A DNA stretch of 64,000 nucleotides from Vicugna vicugna. Its lineage: Eukaryota. A program made the translations under genes and the position numbers. The notes below the pieces were generated by a model. That model searched no databases and had not been told where the DNA came from. It saw only the letters and a list, made by a program, of their open reading frames with translations. The DNA lies in NCBI GenBank assembly GCA_013265495.1, contig MU058478.1, forward strand, positions 311,816 to 375,815. The letters run 5' to 3'. Below, in pieces: positions 12,391 through 24,289 of this stretch (its first letter is position 1; the number at the start of each line of letters is the position of its first letter).

Positions 12391-15376
12391 CAATTAATGG
12401 GTTCGTGTTAATGATAACCCTGAAATTTTTAAAATCACTTAAACTATTCAGATACCCCAATTGCAATATGACTGTAAGTCATTATATAATAAGTCTCTAT
12501 TAGCCTGAAGCATTTTTGAAAATTTCTGATTGAAACCATACACCAAACTCTATTTTTGCTTTGTAATATTGTGGGAGTTTTGCTTTATTTTATGTTTGCA
12601 ATCAAGAGCAGGGGGAAAGTGTTTACAGGTGCAGGAGGATTTAATTCACTGAGACAGATTTGTAAATTCTCGCTTTCCTAATATAGCTGGGAGGTTTCTC
12701 AGTTTTACTCCAGTTTGTGTGTATGAACTTGGCCTTTGAGACTTATTTCAGATCCAATAGTATTATTTTATCCCACAAACAAACAAAGGATCTTCCAGTA
12801 TTTTTTCTTACAACTGGGTTCGCACCTACAATTATCTCAAAGCAAAGTTTGAAAAAAAAGGAAGAATCAACTGCACATTGTATTTTGTATTTTGAAGGTG
12901 AGTAAAGGTGGGGATTGGATTATGGTGCCAAGTTGACAGATATAATCTTAACCAAAACGTGGAATCTGTATGGAATAAAGGAATGGAAGTAACTCTTCGT
13001 TCTTTCTGGCGAGGTGCGTATGTTTTTGTCTCAAGCGGATGTAAAAACATCTCTCCTGATTTCATCCCCGTTTTTTGATATTGTCACATTATCTATATTA
13101 AGAATTTCAGCTAGCACAAAATAAAAGCAGTTATATAATGAAAACTACAACAAAAAAGGTAGAAATAAGAAATCAGTGGTTGGCAGGGGTTAGGAGGAGG
13201 GGAGTTTGGGAAAGGACCACATGGAGAATTCTTTGGGCTGGATTCTTTGGGATGCTATGGGTGCCTGCATCCTGTCTGTGGTGTTGATTACACAAATCTT
13301 TGCATTTGTAACACCTCATGGGTCTGTATGCCAAAAATGGGACTTTATATTCAAAATACAAAAGTTTTTAAGAGCATTTAAAGAATGATACAATGCCAAC
13401 AAAAGGCTGGAGAGGCAATGCCAAAATGGAAGGTAAGCGTATCGTAAATCTGGGGTGACTATGTTGAGTTCTGTCTTAAGGAATTGTGTGCAAAGCACGC
13501 CCACTGGAATGGAAGCATGAATTATTTTATACTCTAGAACTCTGTGTTGGAAGTAAAGGTCGACTATGCCATCATCCATCATAGAAAGTTTTCCAACTTT
13601 TCCCATACCATAATTTATCAAATAATCTAATTAAATTGCTTAGCATATAATTATTTGAGGCATATCTAAGGTCATACAGTTATGGGCACATGAGAAATGT
13701 TTTTCTTTATATATCAGCCGAGGACGGGAACATACAAATGACAAATCACATGATCTGGAAGAACCACCTCTCCCTCCGACTACCATAAATATTATTCTGT
13801 TAAATTAAATTAAAACTGCGAGGAAATAAATTTCATGCCCTTGAAATTAGGCTGAATGACTATAAATCATTTAGCAAAGATGTTTTTCTGTAACTCCTCT
13901 ATTCCTCTAGGCTAATTTGGGACAGTGTGGCTCATCTCTTTTACATGCTTTTCCAGGCAGGAGCGAGAGACCCCCTCAGGTGGACAGAGGACCATCCGCC
14001 ATCCCTGCATCTGGAATCCCTGAGTGCAGTCAGGGCCAAGATGCGAAATTCCAATCAGGTGCCTGCCTGGCTGTTGGGTATCTCCACAGACATTTTATTT
14101 AAACACGTCTCAGTAGAAATCTTCAAATGGAACCTCTGGAGTAATTAATCAAACTTTTGCCCAAGAAAAAGGCCACTTGATAAACTTATCATCTTCTCAT
14201 ATATTTGGGGGATTTCTTTCTAAAACAAAAAGTCTTTTTTTTTTTTTATTCTGTCATGGATTTTGTCTGTGTTTTAAATTGAAATAAAGCTCTCACCTAT
14301 ATTTAAAAAGTTTTTGTTTAATATACTGATGTTAAAGGAAATAAATGTCCGTTGTCATACACAAAGAAGGAAAACAAACTTAAATGCTTTTGATCCCTTG
14401 GACGGAGAGGTAGCAATCCCTCAATATCTCCTTGTATTGAGTGTCATCAAACTCTGTGAATTGCTGTTTTCGTTAAAAATCTACTGCATTTTCTCCTCGT
14501 GATGTATTCTGATGAAATGCAGTTAAAATGTCTACAGAGGTTTAGCCTCGTGACTGAAACTGCAGATGTTAGAGTTTACAACTAATGTCTAATCCCTGTT
14601 ACTTGTATTAATTGATTAGCTCCATTCATTGGCTAAATGACTTGACCTCTCAAGGTCTCACTTTTCTGTAAATGGGGATAATGAATATCGTTAAACTCAC
14701 CAAGGCCAATTTGAACCAGCAGAAATCTGGGTTTCTTGGTACATAATGCTAACTTCCAAATTGTGGTGAATTTGGGTTATTCCATACCCATGATCTCACT
14801 GTAATTTTAAAATAGAAGGAAATCTCAGTCCAAGTGTTTCCACACTGTAAAATATATAATAAAATAAATATATTTTTCATTTTTAAAAATATTTAAATAT
14901 AAAATGACTATAAATCAATACAAAATGTTAAAAAAATAAAAGTAGACTTTCAGAAAAAAAAAGGAAATGAAAAATATTGATATATTTAAAAATATTTCTT
15001 TTAAATTTTAAATTTATAAAATAAATTTAAATATTTTAAAATATTTCTTTAAAATATTTTTATTTAAGATATTTATTTTTATTTCATTAAATTTAAAATA
15101 TTAATTTATTTTATTTTTATTTAAATAAAAATATGTTTAAAATATAAATTAAAAGAAATATGCAGGTATATTTTATTGCCAACCAGACATTAAACAACTT
15201 ATATAATGTGATGTATGTATATGGCAACGTTTCAACACTGTTCCTTCATGTTCCACAGTCACAATCTTGCATGAAAGACAATTCAGATATCATGCAACAA
15301 TATTCTAGTTTCTGTTTCCCTTACAGTCAGCATCAGTAAGGCAGAGACCCTCTGATCTAATGTCTAGATAAATGCC

Positions 15377-15762
15377 TGGGATGGTTAATTTTATGTGTCA
15401 AGGTGACTCGGTCACAGTTCCCAAATACTTGGTCAGGCATTATTCTGAACGTTTTTTAAAAGGTGTTTTTGGTGGGATGAGATTAACATTTAAATCTGTA
15501 GACTTTGAGTAAAGCAGATTATCCCCCATGATGTGGTGAGCCTCTTCCAATCAGTTGAAGACCTGACTAGAACAAAAACTTATCTCCCCTGAGCAAGAAA
15601 AAAATTAAAACAAAAAAATCTGTGAGTAGACTGCCTTTGGATTTAAACAGTAGCTCTTTCCTAAATCTGTAGCCTAATATAGAGTATCTCATCAGATTTT
15701 GGGTTTGCTAAGCCTCCAGCGTTGTATTTGCCAATTTGTTAAAACCTATCTTACTCTCTATC

Positions 15763-15808
<46 letters not shown>

Positions 15809-16380
15809 ATCTATTTACCTATTTATCCATCCATCCATCCCTCCACCCATCCATCCATCCATCTATCCACCCATCTATCCATCCATCTATCCATGCATCC
15901 ATTCATCCATCTGTCCATCCATCTATCCATCCATCTATCCATGTATCCAGTCTATCTATGTATCATCTATTTACCTATTTATCCATCCATCCATCCCTCC
16001 ACACATCCATCCATCCATCCATCTATCCACCCATCTATCCATGCATCCATTCATCCATCTGTCCATCCATCTATCCATCCATCTATCCATGTATCCATTC
16101 ATCCATCTGTCCATCCATCTATCCATGCATTCATTCATCCATCCATCCATCTATCCACCCATCTATCCATCCATCTATCCATGCATCCATTCATCCATCC
16201 ATTTATCCTTCCATCCAACTATTCATCCATCCATGTATTCATCCATCTATCCATCCATCCATCCTTCTATCCATCCATCCACCTACCCATCCATCCATCC
16301 ATCCATCCATCTGTCTATATATGTATTCTGTATCCATTATTCTATAGTTTATGTTTCTCTGAGGAACCCTGATTCATACA
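15377..16380 (+). mobile_element. MLT2 (ERVL) solo LTR, MLT2D-like, with an expanded internal microsatellite
   Basis: Start 'tgggatggttaattttatgtgtcaa'; 'gactttgagtaaagcagatt'; end 'tgtttctctgaggaaccctgattcataca'. Confidence 0.85.
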
Positions 16381-16600
16381 GCATCCAAACTAAGGGAACA
16401 GGTATCAGGGCTCATTAAATTTTTAAACCATCTATCCATGCATCCATTCATCCATCCATCCATCCTTCCATCCAACTATTCATCCATCCATGTATTCATC
16501 CATCTATCCATCCATCCATCCTTCTATCCATCCATCCACCTACCCATCCATCCATCCATCTATCCATGCATCCATCCATCCATCCATCCATCTGTCTATA
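15758..16600. repeat. Compound (TCTA)n/(TCCA)n microsatellite in two blocks
   Basis: Directly visible; interrupted at ~16315-16427 by the LTR end and flank. Confidence 0.97.
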
Positions 16601-18652
16601 TCTGTATTCTGTATCCTATTATCCTATAGTTTATGTTTCTCTGAGGAACCCTGATTCATACAGCATCCAAACTAAGGGAACAGGTATCAGGGCTCATTAA
16701 ATTTTTATACTCTACTCAGTAAGAGAGGGGAACATTTTAGCCAATCCTCATATCTTGAGCTTCATAATTCATTTCAAACACTGAGGACCGCAGGAACCCT
16801 ACTTCTGACAGAACACTACCTGGTAATGCTTCTGGTTCAAGCTGAAGAAACATGAGCTTCTTGTGAAACCACACCCTGAGCGTAACCATTTCTATCAAAT
16901 GTCAGGCTTGTAAGTATGGCTTAAAGTAATGACATCTCTTCTTCTATCCTGGTGTCTGCTTAGAATATTTAAAGGTGCTTTACAGTAGGCAAAATAATAG
17001 CAATGCAACCTTTATAAGGTCATTCAGAGTTTACAGGTGAAACACTTAGACCAGGATCTGGCAGGTTGAAAGCACTTAGCCAATGTCAGCACTGACTGAA
17101 TTCTTTTACTACAAAGACGTGCCATCAATTATTTAACCAACCGACTCTCTACGTAAGGAAATATTCCTGAGAAAAGCCTAAAGATGAGAAACCTAAAGAA
17201 GCCACTTCCTCTATAAGCACTTGGTCATTTAGTTGACTTTAAAAAACGAAGGGGTCTATATGTCCATAAAGAGAATTTTTTTTTAAGAAGAAAGCAGTGA
17301 TTTCATAAACTGGCATTTCAACCCCAAGGTGTAGGATCCGGAGGCACTGGCTTCTTTTTAATACAAATTTGTATTATTAAACTGTTCTTGTATGATCACC
17401 CTTTTTCTTAGAAAGACCCAAATCACAGTATTCCAGTTCCTGGAACACACTGAAATTCAGAATGTATCTTCATATATGCCATGCGGCAATACCGTGAGAA
17501 CTCAGAACTCAATGTTGACACTTTGGGGGAATTTCAGAAGGAATACATTTTAAAAAAGATTAATCAATTGGATGTGTTGATTAAGTTAACTCAATGTCCA
17601 ATGCCGTAGAATTCTTTCTTTCAAACAGCTGTCAAAATGTTCATTTTTTATTTACAGTGGAGTTCGAGGATTTAAGTTTTTGCTTGATGGTTTTGGCTTG
17701 TAGATAATTTCTTGTAGGATAGATTGCCCTGCCATAATGAGAGATATTAGGAGCTCAGAGGTATTGGCCTCACGATCTGGAACTATCTATGCAAATTTCC
17801 TTCCTGAGATAATTTTAGGATGTCTGATGAAGCCCTGATGTGGAATCAGGAACGCCAGCTAGGACTGGTCTCGCCCTCAGCTCAAAATAAGAGGCTACAG
17901 AATGGGTCACTGAATCTCATCCTTCTCTTGTCCTCAACAGATCTAATTGTGGCTTCATGCATGAGACTGAAATAAACAAAGGGGTATTTATATCTGAGGA
18001 AAGAAGACTGGGAGGGTATCCTTTATCAAGCACGGTTTCAGCCCACATCAGTAACTGGAAACCTCACGGCAGAAACACTTGCAAAAAAGCAATGAGAGCC
18101 AGTGCAATTGGCCCACAGAGAATTAACCCCCTTGGTAGCACAAAATTCCTCCAAAGGAAAAGAGCCATCAAACCACGGTGTCTGAGGGACGGCAGACACT
18201 GTTGAATTGGTTTGTCTATGTGTTGATCTCCAACGGGAATTGGGAAGTTTACTGGAGACACTGGGAAGTCCTAATGTCTTTCTAAGGATATCTGTCCAGG
18301 TTGCAAGATACATGGGAGCAGAGTCGAGTCCACAGGGAAAGGCGCTGGCCGTGTCTTGGTGGGGTTTGTCAACATTTAACCCCATCCAACTTTGTCCGCA
18401 TTTAGCAGCATCCAACTATGTCTCTGTAGTCAGTAGCAGGACCCCTGGCAGGGTTTGGGCAAAGGGACCAGGACCGCACACTGAGAAAGCGCAGTGGCGC
18501 GATGCTTTTCAGTCTCTCACAAGTTGAGTCTCATACTGTGAGTAAGTATATATAACTTCCGGAACATGCTGCAACCCAACAGAGGCTTTTCAGACCCGAT
18601 TAGCAAAGGGACAGAAAAGAAAAGAACCACAGTGTGGAGAAGCTGCCTTCTG

Positions 18653-18654
<2 letters not shown>

Positions 18655-18686
<32 letters not shown>
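18655..18686. repeat. (AC)16 microsatellite
   Basis: Directly visible. Confidence 0.97.
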
Positions 18687-18688
<2 letters not shown>

Positions 18689-19244
18689 AGTATGGAATTT
18701 CTGTTGCTGGTTACTCAACTGCTGAAGAAATGTAGTTTATTTCCACCTGCCATTGGACCAAGGACAGAGACACTTCCAGCATCCGTGTGTGTGGAGGAAC
18801 ACAGCTGGCAGTCCCTTTTTTGTCACTGTCCTGAGGCTCCTCTGTGACCATTGCTGCTTCCATGACCGCTGTTACAATGCCTGGACATCTTCACGGCCAT
18901 CACCCTGCCTCCGCCCTTCACTCCCCTTCTGAATTCTCACGAGGACTAGCCAGAATGTGTCCCTGCTAACACTCATGTGACCTCTGCCTTTCTCTTTCCT
19001 TCTCAGCGCCATGAATCTTGGATGGCAAAACAAAGGGTCTTGGGGCACTTAGTTTCAATGCTTAGAGGACTTGTCTGATCACTAACACAAGTGACGGTTT
19101 AAGAGAAGCACTGTTCCCCCCACCCCCATCAATGTGAAACTATGGACTGCCCATCTCTCATCTTGATCTGAAACTTACTCAAAAGAGGACACATACTTGG
19201 TCCCAAGAAGTCCAGTGAAATTGGCACGTTCCAAGCTCTGCTGA

Positions 19245-19350
19245 GTGAGTCAGCAAGTTGGAGATCCAGGAATGGAGTTCACTTCCAATGGCCGGCTGGC
19301 CGAACACCCAGGAAGGGCGATGTTTCAGTTTGTGTTCAAAGACAGAAAAA
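19245..19350 (-). mobile_element. MLT2B-like LTR fragment
   Basis: 'gcaagttggagatccagg...cccaggaagggcgatgtttcagtt' matches recalled MLT2B. Confidence 0.55.
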
Positions 19351-20230
19351 GCGTTTAAAAGGGCAATTTCAGGTCATTAGTACAAATACTTCCATGACCT
19401 GGAGCAATGCTAACTTTTAAGGGTTACATCTTTCCTACGAACTCATCGGCATGTTGGACTCTTACATTCAGCTCTGTTTCCTTTCTGATTTTTCTGGGGT
19501 CAGTTGAGGACTCGGCGAAGATATTTTTAATTTGGAATTTCATTTCCTCCTGCAGAACTTGGTGGGGTGGCGGTTGCTCAGCCTTTGAAACTGTGAACAT
19601 AGGCTCTGTTTCGCAAACCCAGTGGTGCCCAGAAACCCTGCCCCCTGACAGGCCGAAGGGAAGTCTGATGCTCCCCAACAGACCAGAGAACCACCAGGCA
19701 GACATCACCTCTACTCTCCTCAGTCCCAGCACACTGGCCGCACAGAGTGGATCTGTATGCAGAGTCACATTTTAAATAGGTGACATGAGCAATTATGGCA
19801 TTCTAAATGTCACAGAGTTCTTTCTGTCCCCTCCATCCCAATCTGCACATCTCAGAATATCCTTGTCCTCATTCCAGGGTGGAAAATAGCTGAGAACCTA
19901 GAATGTTGAGGAAAGTACAAGGGCCATTCAAACTTTTCCAATTTTACACCTCATTTCACAGTGTGTTGCAGACGTTGGAAAATAATTCACTCATGGAATT
20001 AGGTGTCTAAATTTAGTCTTTGGCAAATGACGGAAAATATAGTTTTGGGAATTAATATGAGTTGCCACAATGCTCCCATACACATAGAGAAAAGGAAGGT
20101 TTCATTGTGACCCTCTTTTGACTTATAAGTCTCTGTTCTCACCCTAGACTTTAAAAATCATGTGTATTCCCCCAAAGCTAAGGTACAGAAGTGTGGCTCA
20201 AGTGATCTGTGACTCAATGTGCTATTGGGA

Positions 20231-20571
20231 TGTTAGAGAAATGTGAATCCCATCAGGAGACCAAGCGACACTTGGAGGGTTGGAAAACTCAGGTTCATTA
20301 CACTGACAGGCCCAGAGGAGTTAACACTCCAGGCTCTGGACCCTGTCTGCAGGTTTACACAGACTTTTATAGGGTTATAGTTTTCGATGAGGTTTGTACT
20401 ATATGCAAATGAGGTGTTAGAAATGGACCAATCAGGAGTGAGCTTTGGGAACCAATGGAATTCTAGGGGTAAATTTCCTAGAAGCAAGCCCTTTTACAGA
20501 AGCTCAGAAGCAGGAAGGCAATGGCCCTGCCTGGGAGGTCTTGCTGGTCTCTTGTGGGTTTTGCCCCTTCA
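20231..20571 (-). mobile_element. Solo ERV1-type LTR with a perfect 4-bp TSD
   Basis: TG...CA termini, GGGA at 20227-20230 and 20572-20575, TATAAAAG on the minus strand at 20364-20371. Confidence 0.85.
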
Positions 20572-21304
20572 GGGAGATGTCAAGAAATTCATCATTGAAA
20601 AAAATGTAAATTGTGGGTGAAGGAGATTTGAGTAATCAGATTTGAGAGGCAGATGGGGGGCAGATTATGGGTCGTGTATGATACACAGAGGAGCTTAGGT
20701 TATCATGTGGGAAGAGAGAGTTGACAGCTGTGAAGAAAGGAAGCGATGTGACCACAGCTGTCTCTGAGGGTGCTCCCATGCTCTGAGAACTTACAAAGTC
20801 CAACACACAGTGCTATGGCATTTCAGAGCCAGAAGACATTCTTTCCAGTTGGAGAAAAACCAAGAAAGACTTGTGGAAGCAGGAGACGCTTGTATTTGAC
20901 CTTGAAGATGCAGGACAGTCATAGGATGAGCAGTCTGACTGGAAATCACACCCATTCTGGCTGGAGCACTCAAGAGACGTGAACGAGGTAAAGACTCGTA
21001 AGGTGAGTGCATGGCGGCTCACAGGTAAGCAACCAGAACTTGGTACATATTTCGGGAGTCATGTCTATGGACAGCAGTTATAACGTTAAAATTAGAACAG
21101 ATGATGGTGGGTGTATTTGACCAGCAGTTATAATTAAATTTCACACTTCCTTCTCTTTACTCTTTATAACAGGCAGAAAGTACCAAGCTTGGTCTGCAAA
21201 GGTGTTTTGATTTATCACATAATATAGCATGAATTATTCAATGTTTTTTGTAAAAATTTTGGGTACTTCTCAACTAAAAGTCAGGCTTTTCCCCAAAGTC
21301 TTGA

Positions 21305-21516
21305 TCTCCTATGAGTTAAATTCTAGAAAGTGATGCTCTGCTTTTGTTTCAAATATCTCTCCTATGAGTTAAATTCTAGAAAGTGATGCTCTGCTTTTGT
21401 TTCAAATATCTCTCCTATGAGTTAAATTCTAGAAAGTGATGCTCTGCTTTTGTTTCAAATATCTCTCCTATGAGTTAAATTCTAGAAAGTGATGCTCTGC
21501 TTTTGTTTCAAATATC
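21305..21516. repeat. Perfect tandem array, 4 x 53 bp
   Basis: Unit tctcctatgagttaaattctagaaagtgatgctctgcttttgtttcaaatatc starts at 21305, 21358, 21411 and 21464. Confidence 0.98.
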
Positions 21517-22074
21517 AGGTCAATCTGAATCCCTTTAAGGCCCGCTGGCTTCCTTTAGGTCCCTGAAGGAGTGGCATCTGTCCTGGAGAAGAAAGTGGAT
21601 CAGACTAGAAGTGACCACTGGATGTAATTCCTCAGGAGTACAGACAGTGCCATGCTGTCTCTGAATCCCAGCTCCTAGAATATTTCTATAATAAATAAAT
21701 AAACTTTAACCCTTAATAAGTGTCTTGTTAAAAATCTGAGGTAGACATATTAACAGTTAAGTAAGCTGGGAAGGGGGAAGGTCACTGTGAAATATGGTTG
21801 GCTTTGTTGCTCCCTGACTGTCAAGGTTTTCAGGGATCTTTGTGGCATTTAATGTGACATTGTAAGGATGTAGGAATCCCCCCAAATCATTATTTGTACC
21901 ATGTGTCTTAACACATGAGAAACGTTGTTTCTGGAGAAGCAAATCTCTGAGCTCCCCAGCCTCTCAAATAATCAAAACTAAGGAATGAATTAGTACCAAT
22001 GGAAACCAGCAAAGTATTCTTTCTTCATTTGAGGCCAGAATTACATTCAGAGCTTTTGTGAGAGCCAAGCAAAT

Positions 22075-22108
<34 letters not shown>

Positions 22109-22109
22109 A
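22075..22109. repeat. (AC)n microsatellite
   Basis: Directly visible. Confidence 0.95.
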
Positions 22110-23399
22110 AAACTTCATGGAATTCATCTAACCAGAGAAGGAAACTCAGTGCATCAGGAAAGAAAAAAAATATATATATTTATCTACACACACATATATA
22201 ATTTTTAACCCGCATTCATCTAAAAACATCCAGCTTAGCTCAAGAATTCTCAAAATAGGGCGTACTTGGGTAATTCTGTTTTGTAAACTACCATGGTCTT
22301 TGTGATCTTCAATTTCATTCCCAATGATGAAAGGATGATTATTCAAGGCACATTTTCATCTATTTATCTCTTTCTCAGTTCTCTGGATGGAAAACCCACT
22401 GTACCCTGTGTCAGTTTTCCTTAAGAGACACACAGTAGAATTTTAGGATAAACTCTGAATAACTTTGATTTCTGTTCTAATCATCAGTCGGAAGGTCCAA
22501 ATCACTTAGTGTTTTTGATTGAATTTGATTTTATTTTGGCCTCTGATCTGTGGACCTCGTAAACTACGATGAGATTCTTTGTAAGAATAACAAGATGAGG
22601 TTTCTTTCTTGAAAAAAAGATGAAACAAATGTAGCTAGCTTTAGAATAACTAAAAATGATTCAAGACCAAGGACTTACTATGAAAACAAGAAAGGAATAT
22701 CGTAGTTTTGGTCTTCTTTTGTTTAGCCAGTCTATAATATCCCATTGCATTGTCAATGCATAAAATATACAAATAGAGTGATTAATTACATTTTAATTCA
22801 TTCTATTATAAATCAGCTGTTATTTTCCTTTATAAATATGAGATTAACAAAGGACTCAGTACTTACTAACTTTATTAATAATCAACACTAATTCCAAAGA
22901 CAAGGATTTTAGTAGAAACAGAGATAAGCAGAAGGGAATCTTAATATCCATATGAATGTTAATGATTGAATTTCCAATTAAAATGCATTCTGTTAATTCA
23001 TTAAATATGCATTTCATTGAATAACTTCTTAACGTGTTATTTGGGGTTCATGAGAGTTCTAATAAACAGAAAAATTAGGTTATAACATGTTGCAGTTTCC
23101 TCTTCTATTTTGAGTGTATACTTTGCCAAGAAGAGTTTGCGATCTGAGATGTCGCATTAGATTATATTATACAATTGTTTGGTAAACATTTTCACTTGCT
23201 GGATGGTGAACAGCATAGATTAGCGACTTCTTATTAGCTGTACGGATGTGGATGGTTCACTTTTGCCCCTGAAACTTCTAAATCCCAAACCATGGAATTC
23301 AACTAAAATTGTACATGGAAGGACATGCATGGTCTTAAATTCTAATTCAGTCAAATTTAACTTGAATTTTAAATTAGCAAAACTGAACTACATGCATAT

Positions 23400-24200
23400 A
23401 TATTCAAAAAATTATTAATAAATGTACTTAGTCACTTACTAAGTCAAGACTAATGTCTGGAGCGCCTCCCATAACACCAAGCATATGGTGAACAAAAGAG
23501 CAGCTCTCTTGGAACTCACGTCCTATGGACACCTAAGTTATAGAGCTATCAATCATCTGTTAGAGGATGTTACATACTGTAGACAAAGCGAAAATATCAC
23601 CAAAAAAAAAAAATGACAGAGTAAGGCGAGGGGACCAGGAAGATCATGGAGTAAGGAGGAAATCTTAAACACAAAACAACGAAATTAATGGTGACATTTG
23701 AACACACATGTGAACAAGATGAGGGAAAGGGGAATGAAGTAGTCTGGGGAGAGAGTGTGCCACGCAGAAACAAAAGGGGCCCCGGACTGAGCTGGGTCAA
23801 AACCCCGTGTTTGGAAAGGGCTGGGAGGACAATTTCTCCTGAGCTGGGGAAGGAGGAGGTGGAGAGACTCCTGGAGGATGAAGTACTGTGAGCCTTGCAG
23901 GGAGTCTTCTAGAGCATTCCAACTTGGCATTTATTCAGAACGAAATAGGGAGCCATGGAGGGTTCTGAGTAGGTAAATGACACAACCTAACACCCCAGTA
24001 GAAGAAACAGAGCTGGCTGTAGTCACTGGAAGAAGAATCAAGAAAACATTGTCCTAATTCAGGGGAGAGACAACAGTGACTGGCAATACTGTAATAAAAG
24101 ACAGGTTGACAGTAGATTTTGAAATCAGAGTTAACGGAATGTCCTGATGCATTAGTGACATGACCGAAAAACAAAAGCAAGTAAGAAGTCACTTCAGATG
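23400..24200 (-). mobile_element. L2 3' region
   Basis: 'ggtgacatttgaac', 'gggagccatggagggttctgagtagg' and 'agattttgaaatcagag' are typical L2 motifs. Confidence 0.75.
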
Positions 24201-24289
24201 AGTGAGTCAAATTAGCGAGACAGCTCAATAGTAAACTTGCTGATTTTAAAATCAATCTACCTCAGGCAGTTGAATATTAATATGGTAAA

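Noticed and set aside
15699..16629. Long ORFs (up to 239 aa) rich in IHPS/SIYL
   Set aside because: Translations of the TCCA/TCTA microsatellite, open in all three frames; not coding
19424..19768. Protein-like 114-aa minus-strand ORF (…QEEMKFQIKNIFAESSTDPRKIRKE…)
   Set aside because: No recognised homology or convincing splice sites, and the length is compatible with chance; BLASTX would settle it
21305..21516. Possible CRISPR-like array
   Set aside because: Units are head-to-tail with no spacers, there are no cas genes, and the context is mammalian
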